Assembly (NCBI GenBank): GCA_038213435.1
Contig: JBBQTI010000019.1
Span: 659-64,658, forward strand
Direction of reading: 5' to 3'
DNA length: 64,000 nt
Source of the DNA: Acidimicrobiia bacterium
Lineage (GTDB): Bacteria > Actinomycetota > Acidimicrobiia > IMCC26256 > PALSA-610
The translations under genes were made by a program, and so were the position numbers. The notes under the pieces are model-generated. The model saw only the letters and a list, made by a program, of their open reading frames with translations. It did not search any database and was not told the origin of the DNA. This document shows positions 28,302 to 36,681 of this stretch, in pieces (within the stretch, counting starts at the first letter, position 1; every line of letters begins with the position of its first letter).

Positions 28302-28624
28302 GCGTCGGGTGTGTCGTGATCGTCCTCTTCGTCGTCATCGCCGTTGCCGGCGTCGCCGGGGTCGCATTCCTCCGCTTCCAGGCGCGTCGCTCTTCCCGGG
28401 TGCGCGCGGTCATGGCACTCGCGCCGCGCATCGGCTTCACGTTCTCGGTCGCCGACGTCGAGCATCTTGTCGACATGCCGTTCGCCCTGTTCTCGAAAGG
28501 CGACGGACGGCGTATCGAGCTCGTGATCTCCGGCGTGCACAACGATGTGCCGATGCGTATGCGCTCGTTGCCATCGCAGTGCCGTTCGCCGTCTACAACC
28601 GGTTCGTGCACCTGCGAAATCTGA
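28286..28624 (+). pseudogene. N-terminal remnant of a membrane-anchored protein; loses coding-like character about 22 codons before its stop
   Basis: GC3-rich frame. TM segment GVGCVVIVLFVVIAVAGVAGVAFL, then RIGFTFSVADVEHLVDMPFALFSKGDGRRIELVISGVHNDVPMR. After about 28558 this frame reads low-complexity MRSLPSQCRSPSTTGSCTCEI while LemA homology appears in another frame. Confidence 0.4.
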
Positions 28625-29103
28625 CGCGGGAGTCGTGGCGCGACATCGACACCGAGCTGCAGCGGAGCTACGACCTGATCCCGAACCTGGTCAGCACGGT
28701 GAACGGTTACGCGGCTCACGAGGACCAGACGTTCGAAGCGGTCACGGCGCAGCGCGCCGACGCGATGGCCACGATGCGCGAGCCCGATGCGCAAGCGACG
28801 CACGAGCAGGCGCTCGGTCGAGGCGTCGCGCAGCTGATGGCGGTGGCCGAGCGCTATCCCGAACTGCGCGCGCGCGACCAATTCCTCGCTCTGCAGCGGG
28901 AACTCGCCGACACGGAGGACCGCATCCAGGTCGCGCGGCGCATCTACAACGCGAACGTCCGCTCCTACGACACCCTCGTGCAGACCTTCCCGGCCCTCGT
29001 GATCGCCCGGATGTTCGGTTTCACTGTGCGGCCCTATTTCGAGCTCGACCCGATCGTCCGCGGCTCCGGCCCGCCACCCGTCGACTTGTCAGGTCGCATG
29101 TAG
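28558..29103 (+). pseudogene. LemA-family protein lacking its own start codon and most of its N-terminal TM helix
   Basis: YALVAIAVPFAVYNRFVHLRNLTRESWRDIDTELQRSYDLIPNLVSTVNGYAAHE...RRIYNANVRSYDTLVQTFPALVIARMFGF is clearly LemA-like. There is no in-frame ATG/GTG/TTG upstream except GTG 28579 inside the helix. The upstream part of this frame is Arg-rich junk. Confidence 0.6.
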
Positions 29104-29121
29104 ACAAGTACAATACAGGTC

Positions 29122-29844
29122 GTGCGCTACCTCGACCTCGCCGACGCCCTCCGTGCTCGGATCGCGGCCCGCGACGTAGGCGCCGGGGGAGCCCTGGCCG
29201 GTGAGCTCGAGCTGGCGCGCGAGTACGGCACCAGCCGGGTGACGGTACGCCGCGCGCTCGACCTGTTGCGCCAGGAAGGGCTCGTCACCAGCCGGCGGGG
29301 CGCGGGTTGGTTCGCGGCGCTCGACCCTGTTCGCCAGCCGCTCGGGCGGGTCACGACGGTGGAAGCCGCAGTCGAAGCCGCCGGCGCGCGCCCGGGCCGG
29401 AAGGTCCTCGCCTTCGGTTTCGTCGACGCGCCCGCGGCCGTCGCCGACGCCCTGAAGGTCGACCGCGGTTCCGACGTGCTGCGCGTCGAGCGGTTGAACC
29501 TCGCCGACGACGAGCCGTTCGCGTTGGTCACCGGGTGGGTCCGCGCCGATGTCGGCGCCGACGTGTCCCGAGCCGACATCGAGCGCGCACCGTTCTACGA
29601 CCTGTTGCCGCTGCGAGGGGTCGAGCTCGGCTCGGTGCACCAGACCATCACCGCGGAAGTCGCGAGCGCCGCGACGGCGCGCCCGCTCGCGTGCGCGCCC
29701 GGGGCCCCGTTGCTGCTCTCCCGGCGCATCACGTACGACGCGGCCGGATTGCCCACGCTCGTTTCCGAACACCGCTATCCCGCCGACCGTACGACATTCG
29801 AGATCGAGTTCTCGTTGAGAACAGGAGCGCTGCAGCATGCCTGA
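29122..29844 (+). CDS. GntR-family (HutC/UTRA-type) transcriptional regulator
   Basis: 240 aa. HTH ELELAREYGTSRVTVRRALDLLRQEGLV plus a UTRA-like C-terminal domain. Overlaps the aconitase start by 8 nt. Confidence 0.9.
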   Translation: MRYLDLADALRARIAARDVGAGGALAGELELAREYGTSRVTVRRALDLLRQEGLVTSRRGAGWFAALDPVRQPLGRVTTVEAAVEAAGARPGRKVLAFGFVDAPAAVADALKVDRGSDVLRVERLNLADDEPFALVTGWVRADVGADVSRADIERAPFYDLLPLRGVELGSVHQTITAEVASAATARPLACAPGAPLLLSRRITYDAAGLPTLVSEHRYPADRTTFEIEFSLRTGALQHA

Positions 29845-32086
29845 CCGGATCGGACCCACGACGCCCGAATCCCTTGTCGAAGCCGTATACGCGACCTTCC
29901 CGCGACGGATCGCGATCGCTCGTGAGAGGCTGGGCCGGGCGATGACGTTCGCGGAGAAGGTTCTTGCCGCGCATGCCGGCGATCCCTGGGGGATCGGGTT
30001 GACGCGCGGCGTCGACTACGCCGACTACCGCCCCGACCGCGTCGCAATGCAGGACGCGACCGCGCAAATGGCGCTGCTGCAATTCATGCTCGCGAAGATG
30101 CCGTCGGTCGCGGTGCCGACCACGGTGCACTGTGATCACCTGATCCAAGCTCGCGTCGGCGCCGACGCCGACATGCAGGTCGCGCTCGACACCAACCGCG
30201 AGGTGTACGAGTTCCTCCGGACGGTGTCGTCGAAGTACGGCATCGGTTTCTGGAAGCCGGGCAGCGGCATCATCCATCAGGTCGTGCTGGAGAACTACGC
30301 GTTCCCGGGCGGGATGATGATCGGCACCGACTCGCACACGCCGAACGCAGGCGGCCTCGCGATGATCGCAATCGGCGTGGGTGGTGCCGACGCGGTCGAC
30401 GTGATGGCGGGCTGGCCCTACAACACTCGGGTCCCGAAGCTGATCGGTGTGCGGTTGACGGGGACGCTGTCGGGCTGGACCGCGGCGAAGGACATCATCT
30501 TGAAGGTCGCCGGCATCCTCACCGTCGAGGGCGGCACCGACGCGATCGTGCAGTACTTCGGGCCGGGCGCAGAGTCGATCTCTGCGACGGGCAAGGCGAC
30601 CGTGTGCAACATGGGAGCCGAGATCGGTGCCACCTGTTCGCTGTTCGGCTACGACCACAACACGGCCAAGTACCTGAAAACCACGGGGCGCGAAGCGCTC
30701 GCCGATCTCGCCGACCGCCACGCCGACCACCTCGTCGACGACGCCGAGGTCGAGGCCGATCCCGAGCGGTTCTTCGATCGCCTCGTCGAGATCGACCTGT
30801 CCGCCTTGGAACCGCACCTGGTCGGACCGCACACGCCCGACCTCGCTCGTCCGGTGTCGGAGATCGCGTCGGCAGCCGTTCGCGAGGGCTATCCGATGGA
30901 GCTCTCGGCCGCGCTCGTCGGTTCGTGCACGAACTCGTCGTACGAGGACATCGGGCGCGCCGCCCACCTGGCGCGCCAGGCCGCGGCGCGTGGCCTGCGC
31001 GTGAAGACGCCCCTCATGATCACGCCCGGCTCCGAGCAGGTGCGCGCCACGATCGAGCGGGACGGTCTGCTCGCCGACCTCGAGGCCATCGGCGCGACGG
31101 TCCTCGCGAACGCATGCGGGCCGTGCATCGGGCAGTGGCGACGCGACGACGTGCCCGAAGGACCGAACGTGATCGTCACCTCGTTCAACCGCAACTTCCC
31201 CGCACGAAACGACGGAAACAAGAACACTCTCGCGTTCATCGGCTCGCCCGAGACGGTCGTCGGCATGGCGCTGCGCGGACGCTTGGATGGTTCCTTCCTG
31301 AAGGAGTTCGACCCGCCGGTCGCCGACGATCTACCGGCGCACGGGTTCGATCGGGGCGCGAGCGGGTTCTCGGCGCCGGCAGACGATCCCGGGCGCGTGA
31401 CCATTGCAGTGGCGCCCGGGTCGGATCGTCTCGAGTTGCTCGAACCTTTCCCGGCATGGGACGGACGCGACATCCACGGGTTGCGGGTTCTGCTCAAGGC
31501 CAAGGGCAAGTGCACGACCGACCACGTCTCGCCCGCGGGAAAGTGGCTGACCTATCGCGGCCACCTCACACACATCTCGCAGAACCTGTTCCTCGGCGCG
31601 ATCAACGCGTTCGCCGACGCCGGACCGGGCCTCGGGGTCGACGCGCGCGATGGGTCGGTCAAGTCCTTGCCGGACCTGGCACGCGAGTACAAGGAAGCGA
31701 GAATCGGATGGATCGCCGTCGGCGACGAGAACTACGGCGAAGGCTCGTCCCGTGAGCACGCGGCGATGGAGCCGCGCTACATGGGAGGTCGGGCGGTGCT
31801 GGCTCGCTCGTTCGCCCGTATCGCCGAGGCCAACCTGAAGAAGCAAGGAGTTCTGCCGCTGACCTTCGCCGACCCCGGCGACTACGACAAGATCCGCGCG
31901 GACGACGCCGTCGACCTCGGCGGCTTGTCGGCGCTGGCGCCCGGCAGCTCCGTCAAGGTCGTGCTGCGGCATGCCGATGGCACCGCCGAGGTGATCGCAG
32001 TGCGCCACACCCTTTCCGAAGAGCACATCGAGTGGTTCCGGGCCGGATCCGCCCTCAACCTGCTCGCCTACCGTCGCCGGATCTGA
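29837..32086 (+). CDS. acn: Aconitate hydratase (about 750-aa type)
   Basis: 749 aa. Fe-S ligand contexts GTDSHTPN, GSCTNSSYEDI and ANACGPCIGQW. Confidence 0.95.
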   Translation: MPDRIGPTTPESLVEAVYATFPRRIAIARERLGRAMTFAEKVLAAHAGDPWGIGLTRGVDYADYRPDRVAMQDATAQMALLQFMLAKMPSVAVPTTVHCDHLIQARVGADADMQVALDTNREVYEFLRTVSSKYGIGFWKPGSGIIHQVVLENYAFPGGMMIGTDSHTPNAGGLAMIAIGVGGADAVDVMAGWPYNTRVPKLIGVRLTGTLSGWTAAKDIILKVAGILTVEGGTDAIVQYFGPGAESISATGKATVCNMGAEIGATCSLFGYDHNTAKYLKTTGREALADLADRHADHLVDDAEVEADPERFFDRLVEIDLSALEPHLVGPHTPDLARPVSEIASAAVREGYPMELSAALVGSCTNSSYEDIGRAAHLARQAAARGLRVKTPLMITPGSEQVRATIERDGLLADLEAIGATVLANACGPCIGQWRRDDVPEGPNVIVTSFNRNFPARNDGNKNTLAFIGSPETVVGMALRGRLDGSFLKEFDPPVADDLPAHGFDRGASGFSAPADDPGRVTIAVAPGSDRLELLEPFPAWDGRDIHGLRVLLKAKGKCTTDHVSPAGKWLTYRGHLTHISQNLFLGAINAFADAGPGLGVDARDGSVKSLPDLAREYKEARIGWIAVGDENYGEGSSREHAAMEPRYMGGRAVLARSFARIAEANLKKQGVLPLTFADPGDYDKIRADDAVDLGGLSALAPGSSVKVVLRHADGTAEVIAVRHTLSEEHIEWFRAGSALNLLAYRRRI

Positions 32087-32088
32087 CC

Positions 32089-32922
32089 GTGTTCGTGCCG
32101 CAGTCGATCGGTCTGCACGAGGCGGGCCCCGGCGACCCCAACGGTTGGCTCGTCACCGAGAAGTTGACGTGGTCCGGGATGTTCCGAGGTGTCGCGCGCC
32201 AGCTCGAAGTGCCCGCGTCGGTCGACCATCCGTTCTCGACCGACCTGGCCTCCGTGCCGAGAAGCCTGACCTGGTTGTTTCCCCGATACGGCAAGTACAC
32301 GAAGGCTGCCGTACTGCACGACTTTCTGTGTCAGAACTTTCGCGATGCTCCGTCGATCTCGTCCGCCGCACCCTCGTTGCTGCCGCTCACCGATCGGTCC
32401 GATGCCGACGAGGTGTTCCTTCTCCTGATGACGGAGTTGGGCGTCCCCCGGTTGCGGCGATGGCTCATGTGGGGCGCGGTCAGTTGGGCGACGTTGATCA
32501 CGAGTCTCGTGCCCGGAAGGCGCAGCAGGCCTGTCCTTCGCGGGCTCGGGCGCGTCGTCGTTGTACTCGCGATCGTTCTCCTGGGCATCGCTCTCGTCGT
32601 GCGGCGAGATCTCGAGGTGCTCATCGCGTTGGGTGTCGTCGCACCCGCGGTGGTGATGGCCGGCGGCACGATTGCGCTCGGCCGAGGAGATCGGGTGCTT
32701 CCGTACGCCCTCGCCCATCTCCTGACGCTGATGTTCTCGCCGCTCATCGCCATCGGTCTCGTTCTCGGCGCGGTCCTGTACCTCTATTTCTTCGTCGAAG
32801 ACGTGTTCGCAGGATTCCCGGCGACCCGGGCGTTCCTGCGCGACCTGTTCTCGCGCGAGGCCAAGCTCGAAAAGCTGGCGACACCACAGTTCGCTCGTCT
32901 CGCCGCCGTGATCGAAAGCTGA
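32089..32922 (+). CDS. DUF1353 domain fused to a C-terminal polytopic membrane region
   Basis: ORF 32032..32922 trimmed to GTG 32089, just after the acn stop. DUF1353-like FSTDLASVPR...YGKYTKAAVLHDFLC, followed by about 4 TM helices. Confidence 0.7.
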   Translation: MFVPQSIGLHEAGPGDPNGWLVTEKLTWSGMFRGVARQLEVPASVDHPFSTDLASVPRSLTWLFPRYGKYTKAAVLHDFLCQNFRDAPSISSAAPSLLPLTDRSDADEVFLLLMTELGVPRLRRWLMWGAVSWATLITSLVPGRRSRPVLRGLGRVVVVLAIVLLGIALVVRRDLEVLIALGVVAPAVVMAGGTIALGRGDRVLPYALAHLLTLMFSPLIAIGLVLGAVLYLYFFVEDVFAGFPATRAFLRDLFSREAKLEKLATPQFARLAAVIES

Positions 32923-32977
32923 CGCCCGCGGTCTGAGCAATGAGCGTGCACGGCCCCGCGTCAGCCAGCATTGGTGC

Positions 32978-33676
32978 GTGCAACGGCTCCTGCTCTGGGA
33001 CATCGACGGAACGTTGGTCCGCGGAGGCGGTGTCGGCGCCGACGCGATCAATCGGGCTGCGGCCACCGTGTCGGGCAGGTCGATTACCGGCGGGTCGGTC
33101 CTGATGCACGGAAAGACAGATCCGGAGATCTTGGCTGAGATCTTTCGGGCCGCCGAGATCGCAGAAGATGAGATCCTGCATCTGTTGCCTGCGGCGATGG
33201 CCGAAGCGGAACGTCTGTTAGCTCTCGCCGAAGAGGATTTACGACGCCGAGGTCAGGTGATCGAGGGCGTCATCGACGCCGTCACCTCGTTGGCCGCAAT
33301 TCCGGGCGTCCGCCAGACGCTGTTGACGGGCAACCTCGTCGGGAACGCAGCCGTCAAGTTGGCGGCGTTCGATCTCACTGCCTACTTCGATGTCGAGGTG
33401 GGCGCGTACGGCTCCGATCACGCTGATCGCAAAGCGCTCGTTCCGATCGCGCTCGAACGCGCCGAACGACTGCGTGGTGAGCATTACCGCCCCGATGAGG
33501 TATGGGTCATAGGTGACACGCCGGGAGATTTCGCGTGTGCTCGTGCCGCCGGTGTGCGATGCCTCCTGCTCGCCACCGGCCAGATCCCGATGTCCGAGCT
33601 TCTCTCACTCGACGCCGATGCGGTCCTCGAGGATCTCACGACCACCGACCAGGTTGTCGAGATCCTGACCGGTTGA
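32978..33676 (+). CDS. HAD-superfamily hydrolase
   Basis: 232 aa with a GTG start. Motif I LWDIDGTLV and motif IV VIGDTPGD. Confidence 0.85.
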   Translation: MQRLLLWDIDGTLVRGGGVGADAINRAAATVSGRSITGGSVLMHGKTDPEILAEIFRAAEIAEDEILHLLPAAMAEAERLLALAEEDLRRRGQVIEGVIDAVTSLAAIPGVRQTLLTGNLVGNAAVKLAAFDLTAYFDVEVGAYGSDHADRKALVPIALERAERLRGEHYRPDEVWVIGDTPGDFACARAAGVRCLLLATGQIPMSELLSLDADAVLEDLTTTDQVVEILTG

Positions 33677-33692
33677 GTGCCTACGCGCCGAC

Positions 33693-34301
33693 ATGCTGCG
33701 CTCGTCTGCGTGGACAGCGACCCGCCGGGCGCGGTCGTATCCTGTGCGCGTGGCGCTCGCCGTCGAAGACATCGTTGCCCGGTGCCGAGCTGCACTGGAC
33801 GAGCACACGCCGGCACTCGCCGTTCGCGACGTGCTCGACGAGCTCGTCGCCGACCCGACCGCCCTCGAGCACGCGCTCGGACCCGTCGAGCTCGGCGGCA
33901 TCACCGCGCTGCACAACGCCGACGACCTCACGATCCTGCGCGTCGCCTGGACGCCGGGCATGGCGCTGAACCCCCACGAGCACCGGATGTGGGCGGTCAT
34001 CGGCATGTACGGCGGTCAGGAAGACAACGCCTTCTATCGCCGCGTGTCCGGAGGCCTCGAGCCGGCGGGCGGCAAGGAGCTGCCGGCCGGTGACGTTCTC
34101 GTCCTCGGCCGCGACGTCATTCATTCCGTCACCAACTCCCGACGCGATTTCGCCGTGGCCGTGCACGTCTACGGAGGCGATTTCTTTTCGGTCGGGCGTT
34201 CCGAGTGGGACTTCGAGAACTACGAGGAACGTCCGCGCGACTTCGCTCGCACGAGCCGGCTCTTCGAGGAAGCCAATGCCCGCTGGCGCGCCCAGAGCTG
34301 A
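33693..34301 (+). CDS. Cupin-fold metalloprotein (cysteine-dioxygenase-like, uncharacterised)
   Basis: His-rich cupin pattern PHEHRMWAVIGMYGG...IHSVTN...VHVYGG. GTG 33744 is an alternative start. Confidence 0.6.
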   Translation: MLRSSAWTATRRARSYPVRVALAVEDIVARCRAALDEHTPALAVRDVLDELVADPTALEHALGPVELGGITALHNADDLTILRVAWTPGMALNPHEHRMWAVIGMYGGQEDNAFYRRVSGGLEPAGGKELPAGDVLVLGRDVIHSVTNSRRDFAVAVHVYGGDFFSVGRSEWDFENYEERPRDFARTSRLFEEANARWRAQS

Positions 34302-34308
34302 GCGCGCG

Positions 34309-34779
34309 CTAGCCGTGCTGCGCAAGCTCCGCGGGTAGGTCGAGGCGTCTCGTGATCGCGGCGTGCTCCATGTCGCCCCATTGTTCTCGGGGGACCATCC
34401 ACATCACCTCGAACTCATTGCCGTCGGGGTCTTTGCCGTAGAGCGACTTGGTGACGCCGTGGTCGCTCTCGCCGACGAGCGCGCTCATCCGGATGAGGCG
34501 CTCGCGTATCTCGGCCAGATCCCGAATCGTGTCTACCTGCCATGCGAGGTGGTAGAGGCCCACCCGGCCGGGCTCGGGAAGCGGGGCTTGCGGCCCGAGC
34601 GAGAAGAGGCCCAAGTCGTGGTGATTTTCGGTCGCCGCCGCGCGCACGAAGACCGCTGCGCCCTCGCCGTAGTCGGCGACCACCTCGAAGCCCAACGCCT
34701 CTTCGTAGAACGCCGCGCCCCGGCGCGCATCGCGCACATACAGAACGGCGTGATTGAGCCGACGAACAGTCGCAGTCAT
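34309..34779 (-). CDS. VOC/glyoxalase-family protein (extradiol-dioxygenase-like fold)
   Basis: Only the C-terminal 156 aa of ORF 34309..35418 are coding-like (MTATVRRLNHAVLYVRDARRGAAFYEEALGF...). ATGA overlap with the upstream desulfurase stop. Confidence 0.85.
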   Translation of the reverse strand: MTATVRRLNHAVLYVRDARRGAAFYEEALGFEVVADYGEGAAVFVRAAATENHHDLGLFSLGPQAPLPEPGRVGLYHLAWQVDTIRDLAEIRERLIRMSALVGESDHGVTKSLYGKDPDGNEFEVMWMVPREQWGDMEHAAITRRLDLPAELAQHG

Positions 34780-35912
34780 ACGGTTCGCAACCCCCTCAGA
34801 CGTTCGACGATTCCCGGGAAGACGTCGACAAATCGTTCGACATCCGCGGTTGTCGACGACCAGCCTACGGATATTCGCAGGGATCGATCGGCGTCGACGC
34901 CCATGGCTTCCAGGACCGGCGAGGGCTCGAGCGTCTCCGACGAGCAGGCCGAGCCCGAATGCACCGCCACCCCGTGCTGATCGAGCGCGAGCAGGATCGG
35001 CTCCGCTTCGACGCCGTGCACGCCGACGCACAACACGTTCGGCAGCGATCCGTCGCCGAAACGCTCGACGCCGGCGACGCCGTCGACGACCGCGCTCGCC
35101 CGCTCGACGAGCACGCGTTGCGAGGCAGCCTCCGCGGCGAGATCGACGACTGCACACGCGGCGCCGAACCCTACCCACGCGGGCAGGTTCTCGATGCCGC
35201 CGCGGCGCGCCCGCTCCTGCGCTCCACCGACGAGCAAGGGCGGAACACGCAGTCCGCGCCGGACGAGGAGCGCCCCGGCTCCCAGCGGGCCGCCGAGCTT
35301 GTGCGCGGTCACCGAGCAGAGGTCGGCGCCCAGCGCGGCGAAATCGACGCCGATATGGCCCGCGGCCGCGCACGCGTCGACGTGCACGAGCGCGCGGTGT
35401 TCGCGCAACGCGCTGCACGCCTCCTCCACGGGCTGTCGCGTCCCGACCTCGTGGTTCGCGAGTTGCACACTGACGAGTGCGGTGTCGTCGCGCACCGCCT
35501 CGACGACGGCGCGCGCGTCGAACCGTCCGACCCGATCGACGCCCACGACGGTGACGTCGGTTGTTCCCCGTGCAACCGCGTCCCGAACGCAGGAATGCTC
35601 AACCGCCGTTGTGACCACATGCCCGTCGCCGGAGCCGGTACGGGCTCCGGCGCGCGCCAGCGCGCCCGCGACGGCCGTGTTGACGGCCTCCGTGCCCGAC
35701 GACACGAACACGACCTCGCGCGGCCGCGCGCCGAAGAACGACGCCACCTGCTCGCGCGCGGTCTCGAGTGCGATCCGGGTCGCGCGACCCTCCGCGTGCA
35801 AACGCCCCGGATCGCCGAACGAGGATTCGAGGTACGGGCGCATCGCGGCGTACGCCGCGGCGCGCAGTGGCGAGGTGGAGGCATGATCGAGATACGCGCG
35901 CGCGACCGCCAC
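34776..35912 (-). CDS. Class V aminotransferase / cysteine desulfurase (NifS/IscS-like)
   Basis: ORF 34776..36056 trimmed to GTG 35912, after the upstream stop. PLP-lysine context SVTAHKLGGP. Active-site Cys loop HSGSACSSE. Confidence 0.85.
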   Translation of the reverse strand: MAVARAYLDHASTSPLRAAAYAAMRPYLESSFGDPGRLHAEGRATRIALETAREQVASFFGARPREVVFVSSGTEAVNTAVAGALARAGARTGSGDGHVVTTAVEHSCVRDAVARGTTDVTVVGVDRVGRFDARAVVEAVRDDTALVSVQLANHEVGTRQPVEEACSALREHRALVHVDACAAAGHIGVDFAALGADLCSVTAHKLGGPLGAGALLVRRGLRVPPLLVGGAQERARRGGIENLPAWVGFGAACAVVDLAAEAASQRVLVERASAVVDGVAGVERFGDGSLPNVLCVGVHGVEAEPILLALDQHGVAVHSGSACSSETLEPSPVLEAMGVDADRSLRISVGWSSTTADVERFVDVFPGIVERLRGLRTV

Positions 35913-35923
35913 GAAGCCGTCGC

Positions 35924-36631
35924 TCAGACGCGAGTGACGCAGTGCTGGTCGCCGTCGGGACGGCTTTCGGTGAGCCGAGGTTGCGTCTCGCCGTAGAGCC
36001 CCTCGAGCATGCCGCGGACCATACCGGTGTCGACCGCGCACAGCACGTGCGGCCATCTCTGCGCCGCCTCGCCGAACGGGCAGTGCTCGGAAACGAGCGT
36101 GAGCAGGTTGCCGCGCGCCTCGGCGTGGGCTGCGAATCCATGTGCCGTCAGCGCGTCGGCCACCGACGCCACCGCCGCCTTGACCGAACGGTGCCCTTCG
36201 GTGGGTTCCATGCGCGCCGCGATCGAGCGACCGTAGTCGTAGCCGACTTCGTCGGCGAGCGCGCGGGCTTCCTCGATCGGCAGCCGTTCGAGCGCGCGGG
36301 CGAGCAGCGTCGCGAGCAGATCGTCGCGCTTGGGCGGGAACGAGAGATGGGTGTCGGTCGTCGCCGCGCGGTAACGCTTCGAGGGTCGCCCCGCCGACAC
36401 GTGTCGCTCGAGCTCGACGTCGAGGTAGGTGCCGGCCGCGAGCTTCTCGAGATGGTGACGGGCGACGTTGGGGTGCAGCGAGAAATGATCGGCCACCTCG
36501 GCGGCCTTCGCCCCGTCGGCGGACGACCGGACGAACAGGTAGATGTCACGGCGGGTCGGGTCGCCGAAGGCGCTCGTGACCGCGGCAACCGCGGCGCCGA
36601 ACTCGTCCGCGGTGAGATCTTCGTTCGCCAC
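35924..36631 (-). CDS. ArsR-type HTH regulator with a Cys-containing C-terminal domain (SufR-like)
   Basis: 235 aa. N-terminal wHTH (DPTRRDIYLFV...AEVADHFSLHPNVARHHLEKL). C-terminal EHCPFGEAAQRWPHVLCAVD ... HCVT. Heads an operon with the cysteine desulfurase. Confidence 0.7.
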   Translation of the reverse strand: MANEDLTADEFGAAVAAVTSAFGDPTRRDIYLFVRSSADGAKAAEVADHFSLHPNVARHHLEKLAAGTYLDVELERHVSAGRPSKRYRAATTDTHLSFPPKRDDLLATLLARALERLPIEEARALADEVGYDYGRSIAARMEPTEGHRSVKAAVASVADALTAHGFAAHAEARGNLLTLVSEHCPFGEAAQRWPHVLCAVDTGMVRGMLEGLYGETQPRLTESRPDGDQHCVTRV

Positions 36632-36681
36632 GCTGGGTATTGTACCTACGTCCGTAGTGGAAATTCTCGGGAGGCCCAGCC

